Made by a program: the position numbers and the translations under genes | Part shown: in pieces, positions 30,343 to 40,323 of the stretch | How positions within the stretch are numbered: the first letter of the stretch is position 1 | Layout: each line of letters begins with the position of its first letter | DNA from: a virus | Strand: one strand, 5' to 3' | Virus record (IMG/VR): IMGVR_UViG_3300035696_000007 | Span: 108,010 to 172,009 of that record | Length of the DNA stretch: 64,000 nucleotides | Notes under the pieces: model-generated | Told to the model about the DNA's origin: nothing | Seen by the model: only the letters and a program-made list of their open reading frames with translations | The model's database searches: none

Positions 30343-31461
30343 TCAGCCGAGGATTTCCTTGACGGCCGCGACGATCTGCGCGGGGTCGCGCGGCAGCACG
30401 CCGCACCACCCGGAGGTCCTAGTCGGGCAGTAGGAAGGGAACTGCGGCCGGTAGACGAGGCACGGGGCGTGCGGGCACACCTTGGGGTCGCGGAGCGGTC
30501 GGTGACCCTTGTAATAGGCCACCCTGTAAGCCGGGTCCGTCGAGCCCCATAGGCCGACGCACGGGCGCCCCCAGACGCCCATGGCGTGGCAGAGCAGGCT
30601 ATCGGGACCGACGCCAACCTCGGCCAGCTCGGCCATCGCGAACAAGTGGCGAAGCGAGGGGAAGCAGATGATCTCGACATTGGAGGCGCCGTCGGGCTTC
30701 TTCCAGAAGCCTTGCGGCACGAATGAGTCGACGATGCTGAACCAGTGGATGCCGGGGAAGGCCTTCGCCAGGGCGGTCAAAGTGGCCACGGACAGATCGG
30801 CCGGCAGCGTGCGCGTCGGCGAGGTGGCGGAAGGCTGGTAGAAGGCCACCTTGCGGCCCGCCCGGAACCTTCTGGCCATCGCCCGCTCGCCGTCGGACAG
30901 CGCAGGCGCCACGCACTTCGCCTCGCTCGGCACCAGGTCGGGGTCGATCCCCATCCGGTGAAGCACGGCGTCGATCGGGTGAAGCTGGCCAGGGTGCTCG
31001 TCGACGTTCGTTATTTGCTCGAAGAGGCAGAGCTCGTCGAAGCCGCGAAAATAGTCCAACGGCTTGGGGAGGCTGCTGACACCCTTCACCCAGGGGAAGT
31101 GCCACCAGCACGTCTCATTGCCCTTGAAGTCGGCCAGGACGTGGACGGCGTAGCCCGCGCTCTCCGCGAGCCACCGGACGACCGGCCACATCATCAGCTG
31201 GTCCCCGTAGCCCCCGGCGCCCGTGTGGAACAGGACGCTCTTGCCCCCACCACCGTGCGGGTCGACGCGGAACTGCCTCAAGCGGGGCTCGAAGAAGCTG
31301 CTGCGCTTAAACTCGGCGGCGACCTTGGGCTCGGCGACGAGCCTCTCCCAGTGGTGGGCGGAGATGACGTAGTCCCGGCCTGCCTCGAAGCGGAACGGCT
31401 GCTCGCCCTCGGACTTGCGGAAGTTGACGTTGAAGTCGCGGATGAACGTGACGAGCTGCAT
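30343..31461 (-). CDS. glycosyltransferase, GT9/heptosyltransferase-like
   Basis: GGYGDQLM, VGPDSLLCHA...CVGLWGSTDP, CPHAPC. Confidence 0.8.
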   Translation of the reverse strand: MQLVTFIRDFNVNFRKSEGEQPFRFEAGRDYVISAHHWERLVAEPKVAAEFKRSSFFEPRLRQFRVDPHGGGGKSVLFHTGAGGYGDQLMMWPVVRWLAESAGYAVHVLADFKGNETCWWHFPWVKGVSSLPKPLDYFRGFDELCLFEQITNVDEHPGQLHPIDAVLHRMGIDPDLVPSEAKCVAPALSDGERAMARRFRAGRKVAFYQPSATSPTRTLPADLSVATLTALAKAFPGIHWFSIVDSFVPQGFWKKPDGASNVEIICFPSLRHLFAMAELAEVGVGPDSLLCHAMGVWGRPCVGLWGSTDPAYRVAYYKGHRPLRDPKVCPHAPCLVYRPQFPSYCPTRTSGWCGVLPRDPAQIVAAVKEILG

Positions 31462-31716
31462 TGTTGCCTTTGAAGAACTTGCCTGCCGCGGGGCGTGAGT
31501 TCGACCCGGGCCACCCCGCGCGTTACGAGCACCCCCCAGTCGTCGACGACGGCCTCGGGCACGGAGCGCCCCTCGGCGTCAACCCCGGATGGCGCCCACA
31601 TCCGAACCAAGCCCCTGCGACGGAGAGCCAACCGAAGCTGCCGACGGCTCAGCGACCGGCCACCATCGACCACCCGCAGCAGCTCGCCCATTTCGTCCAT
31701 GTCCACTAGAACTGGC

Positions 31717-32448
31717 TCACGAAAGCTTCTCGCACATCAGGACCGAACCGGTCGAGACCCAGTTGCCAGTCTGCGACCCGGACGTGGACACGGCGGCTAT
31801 GGACAGCGTGTAAGTGCCGGCCGGCGACACGACGACGTTGGACACGGCGATAGCGCCCATCCCGACGTTGCGCCCGAAGCCCGAGCCGCCCGTCCGAAGG
31901 GCGGTGAAGGAGGTGGTGACTATGCCAATGCCGGTGATGGCCCCGACCTGGCTCACCTGGATGTTCGAGTTGCCGCCGGAGTCGTTGTCGTAGCCCATCG
32001 TCTGGAGGCTCAGCTGCCACGTCCCCGCCGCCAGGTAGGCCGTCCGGGTGGTGGCCCCGCCCGAACTGACCAGCGTGTAGTGCGTCGGGTACACCACCGA
32101 GGCCGGCGGGGCGACGACCTGCCAGCCGGAGCCGTCGTTGTACACGTACTCCCCCTGGAGCGTGGTGTCGTAGAAGAGGAAGCCGTTCGCAGGGTTGGAG
32201 GGCCGCTGGTTAGTCGTGCCGAAACCGACCATGGCGGCCGCAGGCGCCACCGGGATCGAGACGGGCTGCCAACTCGTGTCGTTCCAGACGTACTCCTGGC
32301 CGATGGTGGTGTCGTAGTAGAGGAAGCCGTCCGGCGGGTTGCCGGGGCGCTGCGCGCTGGTGCCGTAGCCGACCATCACCAAGGCCGTGGCGGCGGCCGG
32401 GGGCTGGGTCTGGAGGCTGGCGCTCTGCGGTGTCGCTGTCGATGCCAT
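31717..32448 (-). CDS. virion fibre/structural protein with two GTxxQRPxNP repeats
   Basis: GYGTSAQRPGNPPDGFLYYDTT / GFGTTNQRPSNPANGFLFYDTT. Confidence 0.7.
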   Translation of the reverse strand: MASTATPQSASLQTQPPAAATALVMVGYGTSAQRPGNPPDGFLYYDTTIGQEYVWNDTSWQPVSIPVAPAAAMVGFGTTNQRPSNPANGFLFYDTTLQGEYVYNDGSGWQVVAPPASVVYPTHYTLVSSGGATTRTAYLAAGTWQLSLQTMGYDNDSGGNSNIQVSQVGAITGIGIVTTSFTALRTGGSGFGRNVGMGAIAVSNVVVSPAGTYTLSIAAVSTSGSQTGNWVSTGSVLMCEKLS

Positions 32449-32451
32449 GGC

Positions 32452-33969
32452 TCAGGAGATTGCGTTGGCCGGCTTGTCGCCGGTGATGACGATTTCGACC
32501 TGGTTGGTGCCCCAGGAGGTGACGTTCCAGGCGGTGCCACCCATGGGCACGACGGAGACCAGCGGGACAGTCGTAAGGCCGAACAGCGGGTTGCCGTGGG
32601 TGCTGGCCTCGATGACCGTGTCCGCGACCGTCCAGTTGGCCCGGGCGCTGTTGGCCAGCGTGGGCAGGTTGATCTGGAGGTCGCCGTAGAACACCAGCCC
32701 GGCGCGGCCCCGCAGCCAATTCATCGAGCTGTAGGGCTGGGCGGGCGGGCCGCCGAAGATGACGGACTCGACGAACGGGAAGTTCCAGATGGTGCCGACG
32801 ACGATGATGTCGTAGCCCGGCTGGGCCGTCGTGGGGTCGGCGACGAAGCTGGCCTGGGGCGCGACGGCGACGGGCACCGAGGACTGGACGTAGCACGGGC
32901 CGGTGAACGGCCCGAAGAGCGGCAGCCACGGGGCGGACGGCGGGGCGTTGTACGTGGCGCCGACGTCGTTGTAGTACACCATCGTCTGGGTGGTGCCGGT
33001 GCCATTAAGGACCACCGCGCCGTACGGGTACTGCGTGCCCGCGGCGAAGTACCCCATGTATATGAAGCCCTGAGTGCCCGTGGCGCCCACCTCGCCCTGC
33101 ACGCCCTGCGCGGCGGCGGCGAGCACGTCCCAGTTGGTCGACGGCGCATTGGCGGGCAGGGGCGGGACGACGCCCGTGCACGGCAGGATGTTGATGTAGC
33201 TGACCAAGCCGATCGTGCCGTCCCAGTCGTGGCTGACGCCGTCGTTGACGGCGTAGATGGAGGTGTTGCTGTACGCGCCGCGCCAGTTGAGGCCGGCGAG
33301 GCCGGGGGCGCCCGGAGGGCCGACGACGCCCACCCCCTGCGGCCCCTGCGGGCCGGGGGCACCCTGCGAGCCCTGCACGCCCGGGCCGATGACACTGCCC
33401 GTCTGGGCGGTGGTCGGGCGGACAGTCATCATGATCGAGGCGACGACCTCGGTCGGCGTGACGCCGGTGTTAGTGAGCTGGACGACGAACTCGCCCGTGC
33501 CGTAGAAACTGGTGCCCGCGCCGGATTCCTTGTAGGTGGAGACGGCGGTAACCGAGCCGGTCGTCTGGCCGAACGTGTTCGCGTTGTAAAGGACCTCCAG
33601 GAGCACCTGCTGGGTGACGGGGGTGGAGGAGACGGTCGAGTCAATCAGCCGGGCCTCGAAGCCGGGTGGGATGCGGTAGTTGGTGGCGACCACCGACTCG
33701 CCGGGGCCCAGCGCCGTCCAGATGGCCGGCAGGTTCATCAGCTGCTCCTTGTTGTTCACGACCGCGATCAGCTCGTTGAGCTTCGCGGAGAGCAGGGCGT
33801 CGCGGTACGCCAGCATGCGGGTGACGTTGCTGATGGCCGGCGCGTCCAGCGGGCTGCTGGGGCCGAGGTGCTGCACGTCGCCGCCGTTGTAGTTGATCGG
33901 CGAGCCGTCCGGGAGGGAGAGCGGGCTGACCAAGCCCAAGGTGCCTGTGCTGACAATCTGAGTCGCCAC
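32452..33969 (-). CDS. virion structural protein with short collagen and CBM-like segments
   Basis: G-X-Y run; NWRGAYSNTSIY...WDVLA; TAGTTA-N4-GTG. Confidence 0.7.
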   Translation of the reverse strand: MATQIVSTGTLGLVSPLSLPDGSPINYNGGDVQHLGPSSPLDAPAISNVTRMLAYRDALLSAKLNELIAVVNNKEQLMNLPAIWTALGPGESVVATNYRIPPGFEARLIDSTVSSTPVTQQVLLEVLYNANTFGQTTGSVTAVSTYKESGAGTSFYGTGEFVVQLTNTGVTPTEVVASIMMTVRPTTAQTGSVIGPGVQGSQGAPGPQGPQGVGVVGPPGAPGLAGLNWRGAYSNTSIYAVNDGVSHDWDGTIGLVSYINILPCTGVVPPLPANAPSTNWDVLAAAAQGVQGEVGATGTQGFIYMGYFAAGTQYPYGAVVLNGTGTTQTMVYYNDVGATYNAPPSAPWLPLFGPFTGPCYVQSSVPVAVAPQASFVADPTTAQPGYDIIVVGTIWNFPFVESVIFGGPPAQPYSSMNWLRGRAGLVFYGDLQINLPTLANSARANWTVADTVIEASTHGNPLFGLTTVPLVSVVPMGGTAWNVTSWGTNQVEIVITGDKPANAIS

Positions 33970-34001
33970 GCCCTAACTATTCCCGGCGCGGCGCGGCGCC
34001 T

Positions 34002-34316
34002 TCAGGGGGCGAGGCCGTGGAGGCGCCCGAAGGCCTTGAAGACTTTGAAGGTATAGCTGATCCTGATCCCCAGGAGGTAGTTCCGCTTCACCTTCCGCAC
34101 GCCGCTCGCGTCGCGCATGAAGCCCATCGTGACCGTGCGGGCCCCCCGCTTGACCGGCTTCAGGACGCCCACGTGGCCGACGCAGATCTGGGAGCGGCTG
34201 GCGACGCCATCCTCGAAGAACCCGACCACGGCCCGATAGGCCGTCTGGGCCTGGGAGTAGGTGAGGCCGGCGTCGACGAACCGGCGGATGAAGTCGACGC
34301 GCTTGAGCTTGGGCAT
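34002..34316 (-). CDS. HU/IHF-family DNA-binding protein
   Basis: basic 104 aa; helix pair + ICVGHVGVLKPVKRGAR...FKVFKAF. Confidence 0.7.
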   Translation of the reverse strand: MPKLKRVDFIRRFVDAGLTYSQAQTAYRAVVGFFEDGVASRSQICVGHVGVLKPVKRGARTVTMGFMRDASGVRKVKRNYLLGIRISYTFKVFKAFGRLHGLAP

Positions 34317-34320
34317 ACCG

Positions 34321-35031
34321 TTAAGAACCGGAAAACGAAAGCGGGGCGAGGAGCGTGTACGTCTGCGGCCCCAGGTTGGAGGTGAAGGTGATGAGGATGT
34401 TCACCTGGGTGCCCTGCTGCGTCGCCTTGACGTCGGTGAGCGTCACGCGGGGTTCGTTCGCACTCACGGCCGAGGTGACGAGCTCCCGTACGGCGTTGAG
34501 CAGCGAGGGGTCGTTCGGGTCGAACACCAGCCTCCGCACACCGCACCCGAAGTTCGGGCGCATGAGCCGCTCCCCGGGGTTCGTGAACAGGATCGAGACC
34601 AGCGACGCCTCAAGGCAGAGGCCGTCGGTACCCACGTTGAACTGCCAATCCTGGGCGTCTGGGAAGCCGTTGATCCGAGGGAAAATCGGCCCGAAGTACA
34701 CGGGAGCCGCGGTCGGGACGACAGCCTGGTTGGCTAGGACGACGGTGAGCGGCGACATCCACACGGCCTGGGTCTGGTTCGGGACCTCGGCGTTGACGGC
34801 CGTGATGCGGATCAGGTAGGTGCCGGGCGGGTAGGCGTGCTCGACGGCGACCGGGCCAAGCGGCTTCGTCTGGAGCGGGTACGCCTGAGTCTGCCCGTCG
34901 CCCCAGGCGACGGTGGCCGCCACTTGGGACAGGTAGGGGTCGGTCTCGTCGACGGTGAAACTGAGCGTCACGACGGCCTTGGAGACCGTCTCGATCTGCG
35001 TGGCGGAAACGGTGGCGATGATGGTGACCAT
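34321..35031 (-). CDS. baseplate wedge gp25-like protein with N-terminal PKD domain
   Basis: WGDG..HAY; ILFTNPGERLMRPNFGC..FDP..EPRV. Confidence 0.85.
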   Translation of the reverse strand: MVTIIATVSATQIETVSKAVVTLSFTVDETDPYLSQVAATVAWGDGQTQAYPLQTKPLGPVAVEHAYPPGTYLIRITAVNAEVPNQTQAVWMSPLTVVLANQAVVPTAAPVYFGPIFPRINGFPDAQDWQFNVGTDGLCLEASLVSILFTNPGERLMRPNFGCGVRRLVFDPNDPSLLNAVRELVTSAVSANEPRVTLTDVKATQQGTQVNILITFTSNLGPQTYTLLAPLSFSGS

Positions 35032-35034
35032 GGC

Positions 35035-36930
35035 TCAGCCTCGCGACACCGGCGACCAGGCCCTCCACGCCTCGCCCTGGGCCTTCTGGACGTCGTTCGC
35101 GAAGTGGTCGAGCTGCCCGAACGACGAGACGATGAGGTCGCCCGGCTTGATCGCCCCGTCCAGCCGGTCGGGCCGGGTCTGCTCACTCTCGAAGATCTTG
35201 CGCCCGTGGTGGGCCAGCGTCCTGTGGTTGCTGCGGGTGTCGTAGACGACTTGGCGCAGGTCCTCGACCACCGTGCGGAGGTAGCGGTTGCCCTGCACCT
35301 TCTTCTCGATCTCCTCAAGGAGCTGGCGGGTGGTGTCGCCGCGGGCCGTGCGCTGCTTGCTCTCCGTGGGGCCCTTGGCCTCCGGGGGCAGCGCCGTCAT
35401 GAAGGCGTCGACCACCTCGGAGGGCAGGTGCATGTACTTCTTGAAGATGACCTCCAGCCAGACCTCCTGCGGGAGGCTGTACTTGTCGACGACGTCGCCA
35501 AGCTTCTGGAGGATGTCGACCTGCTTTTCCAGCATCTCCAGCTTCATCTGGTCCTCCAGGGACCCGATGTCGCTCATCCTGGTGCGGATGTCGAGGTTGG
35601 TGATGTTCTTGCCCTTCAGGAGGCAGTGGAAGTAGGCCAGCCAGGTGTAGCCGTTGATGATGGGGCGCCGCAGGGCCTTGACCTTGCGGTAGAACCGAGC
35701 GTCCTGAGCGAGCAGCGCCTTGCCGGACGCGGGCTGGTTGCCACCCTCGCCGCCGCCCGTGCTGGCCATGCCGAGCCAGGACTTGGGCATGCCGATGATC
35801 GAGAAGAAGAGGTTCACGAGCATCTCGATGTCGTACACGTCGGGCACGGTGGTGGTGCCGGCCAGCTTCTCGATGGCATGGTTGAAGCCCTTCGGCTTCG
35901 CCAGCCAGAAGATGGTGTCGAGCGAGAGGGCGTTGTAGTAGGACTTGAAGTCGTTCGGGGTGGTGTAGTCGATGTTCTGCCCCTGCTGGTTGGTGGTTCC
36001 GCCCCAGCCGAAGGCCAGCTTGGCCCGCATGGACTGCTTCCACCGCTGGATGGTGCGCATTTGCTCGACGGGCGGCTGCTCCTGGGTGTCGATGTTGACG
36101 ACATAGCGGTCGGGCTGGACCTGGGCGCGATGGACGACCATCTGGTCGATGGCCAGGCGGAGCTTCTTGTAGATGCCCTGGGCCTCATCGAAGATCGGCT
36201 CGCCGTGCTCGTTGAGCCGGAGCCGGTACATGCGGCGGAAGTGGAGGAAGTCCCACGGGTAGTGGAGCTCCTCGGTGGACTGGCCGTCGGCGATCTCCGT
36301 GTGGGGGACGATCTTGTTGGCCTGCATCCAGAGGCTCTCCTTGTCGGGCTTCACCAAGTTGGACATGTTCTGGTTCCACCGGAAGCCGACGCACTGCCGG
36401 TTCTTGGCGAGCCAGTAGCGGCGCACGTCCATCGGATGGGCGAAGGCCATGCCCAGGACACCCTCCTTCTGGGCGTAATAGAGCTTCTCGAAGTGGTTGC
36501 CGAAGGCGGCGGTGTGCCAGAACTGCGACGGGAGGACGCCCTCCACGTCCAGCTTCTCCACGATGTTCTCGTTGAGGTCGTCCTCGACCTCGTGATCGTT
36601 GCTCTCGTACCAGAGCGTGCCAGGAGCCATGGAGTCGGGCTGGGTAGCCTCGTCAACCACCTCGACCAGGGCGGCCGCCAGCAGGTCCCAGGTCGACATG
36701 TCCTGCCAAAGGCGGAGCATCTCGTCGTACGAGGTGGGCATCCGCATGCTGGCGTTGTAGTAGCTCCAGACGTCCGGGTTGGCGATCTTGCTGTCGTCGA
36801 GGAAAGTCTGGTAGTCCCGCTCCCGGGTGGGCAGGTTGTCCATCCGCGGCGCCAGGGTGCTGGTGGCGACGCCCCCGCCCGTGATGCCCAAAAGGCTCAG
36901 CACGTCGCCAGCGATAGAGTGTTCGGCCAT
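35035..36930 (-). CDS. portal protein (T4 gp20-like)
   Basis: DQMVVHRAQVQPDRYVVNID, IEKLAG, LFFSIIGMPKSWL, QDARF. Confidence 0.85.
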   Translation of the reverse strand: MAEHSIAGDVLSLLGITGGGVATSTLAPRMDNLPTRERDYQTFLDDSKIANPDVWSYYNASMRMPTSYDEMLRLWQDMSTWDLLAAALVEVVDEATQPDSMAPGTLWYESNDHEVEDDLNENIVEKLDVEGVLPSQFWHTAAFGNHFEKLYYAQKEGVLGMAFAHPMDVRRYWLAKNRQCVGFRWNQNMSNLVKPDKESLWMQANKIVPHTEIADGQSTEELHYPWDFLHFRRMYRLRLNEHGEPIFDEAQGIYKKLRLAIDQMVVHRAQVQPDRYVVNIDTQEQPPVEQMRTIQRWKQSMRAKLAFGWGGTTNQQGQNIDYTTPNDFKSYYNALSLDTIFWLAKPKGFNHAIEKLAGTTTVPDVYDIEMLVNLFFSIIGMPKSWLGMASTGGGEGGNQPASGKALLAQDARFYRKVKALRRPIINGYTWLAYFHCLLKGKNITNLDIRTRMSDIGSLEDQMKLEMLEKQVDILQKLGDVVDKYSLPQEVWLEVIFKKYMHLPSEVVDAFMTALPPEAKGPTESKQRTARGDTTRQLLEEIEKKVQGNRYLRTVVEDLRQVVYDTRSNHRTLAHHGRKIFESEQTRPDRLDGAIKPGDLIVSSFGQLDHFANDVQKAQGEAWRAWSPVSRG

Positions 36931-37001
36931 ATCGTAAGTATTCCTCGGAGGCGCGTTTTTGATCGACGCCCGTGTTTACAAGAACAGTTCTTAGGGGCTA
37001 T

Positions 37002-37217
37002 ATGCCAAAGTTCGTTAATGAAGGCGAAGGGCTGGAGACCGTCGTCATCTTCAGGCTGACCGCGGCGGACTTCGCCGCCCTAGACAAGCAGGTGCGCGAC
37101 CTGCGCATCATCAAGGTCCACTCCGCCAACCAACTCGCCCGGAAAATCGTGATCGACTACCTCAGGGAACGGCTCATGTACCTTAGCGAAGCCGACAGGC
37201 ACATCTGCGGGCCCTAG
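37002..37217 (+). CDS. small RHH-like DNA-binding protein
   Basis: VVIFRLT...SANQLARKIVIDYL. Confidence 0.55.
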   Translation: MPKFVNEGEGLETVVIFRLTAADFAALDKQVRDLRIIKVHSANQLARKIVIDYLRERLMYLSEADRHICGP

Positions 37218-37534
37218 TCCAGCCGTTCGACCCGACCCTCGGCGGGCTCCACCCTGAAACGAACCTCGATGGCGAACGGCGAAGCGTCCTCACAGTCCTC
37301 GGCCATGGCCGGGGCGGCGCAGCAAACCCACTTGGGGCCCATCGACTCCACGACGACCCCCGCGGGGTCACAGACTTCGGGCTGGGCGGCCAGGAAAGCC
37401 CTCACCGCCCCGGAAAGGCTGCCCTCGCGCACCTGCCTCGTCATCCAGGCCAGGACGCCGTCAGACGACTCGGCCAGCGGCGCCGGGTGCAGGCCGGTCA
37501 GCTCCCTGATCGTCCTCGTGCCCTTCAGCAGCAT
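37214..37534 (-). CDS. hypothetical protein
   Basis: ORF. Confidence 0.5.
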   Translation of the reverse strand: MLLKGTRTIRELTGLHPAPLAESSDGVLAWMTRQVREGSLSGAVRAFLAAQPEVCDPAGVVVESMGPKWVCCAAPAMAEDCEDASPFAIEVRFRVEPAEGRVERLD

Positions 37535-37946
37535 GCTCGCCCTCCTCCTGCGGCGCCACTTCGAGCTCGGACAGGTCCTCGTCGGTCGGGTGGAACCTAA
37601 ACCCGGTGCAGGGCGCATCGTGCCGGTAAAACTTGAAGATCTCGACCTTCGCGCAGCCGGAGAGCTTGACCACGCCCTCGATCAGCTCCTTCGGCAGGCG
37701 CCAAAAGCTGAACTCGATCGCGTCGTCGACCACGCCGGAGTTGATCATGAAGGTCACCAGGCCGGGTGCCGCGCTAAAGAAGCGGAGCACAAGCAGATCC
37801 GCGAAGACCTTCAGCTTGGCCTCGCGGTCGAGGCTGCCCTTCTCGGCCGACGGCTCGTCAGCCCTGTCGTTCTTCACGGGCAAGCCTTGCGCAAGGGCGG
37901 TGGTGGCCCCCTCAGAACCGATGTCAGCTGCGTTGAAGTCCGGCAC
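37461..37946 (-). CDS. hypothetical protein
   Basis: TAGTTA-N4-GTG. Confidence 0.6.
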   Translation of the reverse strand: MPDFNAADIGSEGATTALAQGLPVKNDRADEPSAEKGSLDREAKLKVFADLLVLRFFSAAPGLVTFMINSGVVDDAIEFSFWRLPKELIEGVVKLSGCAKVEIFKFYRHDAPCTGFRFHPTDEDLSELEVAPQEEGEHAAEGHEDDQGADRPAPGAAGRVV

Positions 37947-37953
37947 GCCTTAA

Positions 37954-38205
37954 CTACAGGAGGCAGAGAGCGCGGCAGATGAAGTGCCGCAGCCAAGTGT
38001 CGCGGACGGACAACGTCGGCCTCACGGGCAGCCAGAACGGCTGCTCGACGATCACACGGGCCAGCAGCCTGCCGTTGACCTCAAGCCGATATACTTCGAC
38101 ATCGCGCATCACCATAAGAACCAGGGGCAGGGTCGCCGCCCGGCCCACGGGGAGCCTTATGACCCCGAAACAATTACCGGCTATGATCATGGTGGAAAAA
38201 CCCAT
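37954..38205 (-). CDS. hypothetical protein
   Basis: short ORF, start uncertain. Confidence 0.4.
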   Translation of the reverse strand: MGFSTMIIAGNCFGVIRLPVGRAATLPLVLMVMRDVEVYRLEVNGRLLARVIVEQPFWLPVRPTLSVRDTWLRHFICRALCLL

Positions 38206-38257
38206 AGAGGCGCCCCCAGGGACGAAGTAAACAAAAACCGAACAGTTCTCAGGGCGG

Positions 38258-39307
38258 ATGAAGATCCTAGTCTATACCGACGTGCAGGCGACGGAGGGCG
38301 CCGAGCGGTGCCGGGCCAGGCCGGAGGTCACGCTCCAACGGTATCGCACGGCCCGCTTCTTCATCGAGCTGGAGCGCCTGGCCCGGGAGCGCCGGGTGGA
38401 CGCCGTCTGGGACCTCGGCGACACGCTGGACAACCGCAGCGAAATCCCCGTGCCGACCATCCAGGTGGTGGAGGCCGGGCTGGCGTGGCTCATGCGGGGG
38501 CGGGGCGGCCCCCTGTGCTACAAGCTGATCGGCAACCATGAGCAGCACCAGAAGGCCGCCGGCGTCCACACGGGTGCCCTCTTCAACCCCTTCTTCCGCG
38601 TCGTGCCCGAACGCGAGGTCTTCGACTGGTCGCGGGTTGAGGAGGACGGCCCCTGGATCATCGCGGCGGCCTTCCCCTACGACTTCGAGGACGCCGCGGC
38701 CTGGATCAGGGCGGAGGTGGTCCGGGGCCGCGAGGCCAACCGGAACGTCATCGTCATAGGGCACCTGCCCCTGAAGGGCGCCAGGCTGCCAGGAGGGCCG
38801 CTAGCGACGGGCCTGGAGGCGGACTGCCTTGAAGGCGCGGACTTTGCCCTGCTCGGCCACGTCCACCGGCACCAGGAGGTGCGACGCAGCTACTGGTACG
38901 TGGGCTCGCCATTCCAGCAGGACTTCGGGGAGGCGGGCGAGCCGAAGGGCGTCGCCCTATTCGACACCCGGACGCTGGAGGTGGAGTTCGTCGACCTCGG
39001 CGGGTTCCCACAGTATAGGGTGGCCGAAGCGGCGGGGCTGCCGGACGAGCTGGCCCTCGGCGAGGACCGGTGGAAGATCCTCGTGCGCGACCGGGCGCAG
39101 GCCCAGGCGATCTACGCCAGGCCGTGGGCGCCGGAGGTCGAGCTGACCTACCTGTACGAGGAGGCCGCAGCCCGCGACCCGGAGGCGAACGTGCTCGTGG
39201 GCGAGCCGGAGAGCCTCGTCAAGGAATACCTGGCTACCCACCCGGCGGCGGGTCTCGACGGGGCGCGACTACTGGAGATGGGGATGGGGTTCCTGCGCGG
39301 GCAATAA
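38258..39307 (+). CDS. SbcD/Mre11/gp47-like recombination nuclease
   Basis: TDVQ, LGD, IGNHE, GH, LGHVH, YVGSPFQQDFGE. Confidence 0.9.
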   Translation: MKILVYTDVQATEGAERCRARPEVTLQRYRTARFFIELERLARERRVDAVWDLGDTLDNRSEIPVPTIQVVEAGLAWLMRGRGGPLCYKLIGNHEQHQKAAGVHTGALFNPFFRVVPEREVFDWSRVEEDGPWIIAAAFPYDFEDAAAWIRAEVVRGREANRNVIVIGHLPLKGARLPGGPLATGLEADCLEGADFALLGHVHRHQEVRRSYWYVGSPFQQDFGEAGEPKGVALFDTRTLEVEFVDLGGFPQYRVAEAAGLPDELALGEDRWKILVRDRAQAQAIYARPWAPEVELTYLYEEAAARDPEANVLVGEPESLVKEYLATHPAAGLDGARLLEMGMGFLRGQ

Positions 39308-39312
39308 AAAAG

Positions 39313-39336
39313 CCCTGTGATTCTCGGCCCACAGGG
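39313..39336. terminator. hairpin after sbcD-like gene
   Basis: CCCTGTG..CACAGGG flanked by an A-run. Confidence 0.4.
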
Positions 39337-39541
39337 AAAGCCGTGCAAGAGGCGCCGTAAGGCTAGCGCGATCTGCTGACCTGCGCCAAGAAGACCACAG
39401 AGCGTCTCCCTGTCAACTCTGTTCACGATATGATTTGCACCCAATCATATCGAACAATCGAAGCCCGGAGGCGGTGATTAATCTGCTAAGGCGTGCCGTT
39501 CACGGTGCGCGTCCACATCACCATCAACCCAGCCAATCCCC

Positions 39542-40009
39542 ATGCTCAACCAACTCAGTGGCGTCCCCTTCGGGACAGACGCCACCACCCTGGCAGGCTA
39601 TGCGATTGCCGTTAACGACCGCCTCGGTAACGTCAACTTCATCGTCGAGAACACCGGAGCGAACAATCTTTGGATCGAGTTCCGCGAGTTCGTCGGCGTC
39701 GCCAACACTCCAGTGGCCGCCTCCGGCTACTCGACCATTGGCGCTGCGTTCACCGTCGTCCCCGGCGGCCAGATCACGCAGTCGCTGTCGATCCTCAGCC
39801 AGCAGGTTGGGTTCTTCGGCTCAGGCAGCACCACAGCCAACATCTCCTGCGTCTTCCGCAACCCGGCCGACCGGCGCGGCGCGCAGATCGATCTGGCCAT
39901 CGTGGGCCGCGTGGGCTGGAGCGTCGACCCGGCTTACCCCGTCAAGGCCTTCCGGCCGAACTGGGGCTCGCCGCCCGACAGCCCAACCACCCCGCCGACC
40001 AATCAGTGA
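39542..40009 (+). CDS. virion structural protein (possible paralog of 58706 and 59222 genes)
   Basis: VENTGANNLWIEFREF similar to LQNVGANPITYVFQEF. Confidence 0.65.
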   Translation: MLNQLSGVPFGTDATTLAGYAIAVNDRLGNVNFIVENTGANNLWIEFREFVGVANTPVAASGYSTIGAAFTVVPGGQITQSLSILSQQVGFFGSGSTTANISCVFRNPADRRGAQIDLAIVGRVGWSVDPAYPVKAFRPNWGSPPDSPTTPPTNQ

Positions 40010-40323
40010 TCGCGGGCGCCAGCAGACTTCAAAGGGCCGCCACGGGGCGGCCCTTTTTCTTGCTCAGGGTCGGCGCCGTTGGACCTCAGGCAGACGAGCG
40101 CGACCTGGTAGAGGTGCCGGGCGTGCTCGACCGTATGGGGGAGGATCACCCGCTCCCCCGACTCAAGGCCGTCCAGCTGGCGCTTCAGCTCCTTACGCTC
40201 CTCCTCGCACAGGCGAAGTTGCGCCAAGGCCGCGTCAACAAGGTGCGAAGGCACATGGTGACTCTGCACGAGGTACTCCCGCGCCTCGACCAACACCGCC
40301 TGGGTGTAGCTGGGGTCGTACAT
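40003..40323 (-). CDS. hypothetical protein
   Basis: coupled ORF. Confidence 0.6.
   Translation of the reverse strand: MYDPSYTQAVLVEAREYLVQSHHVPSHLVDAALAQLRLCEEERKELKRQLDGLESGERVILPHTVEHARHLYQVALVCLRSNGADPEQEKGPPRGGPLKSAGARDH

Noticed and set aside
31495-37059. Long plus-strand ORFs (853 aa and 740 aa) and similar antisense ORFs
   Set aside because: High-GC shadows of recognisable minus-strand genes.
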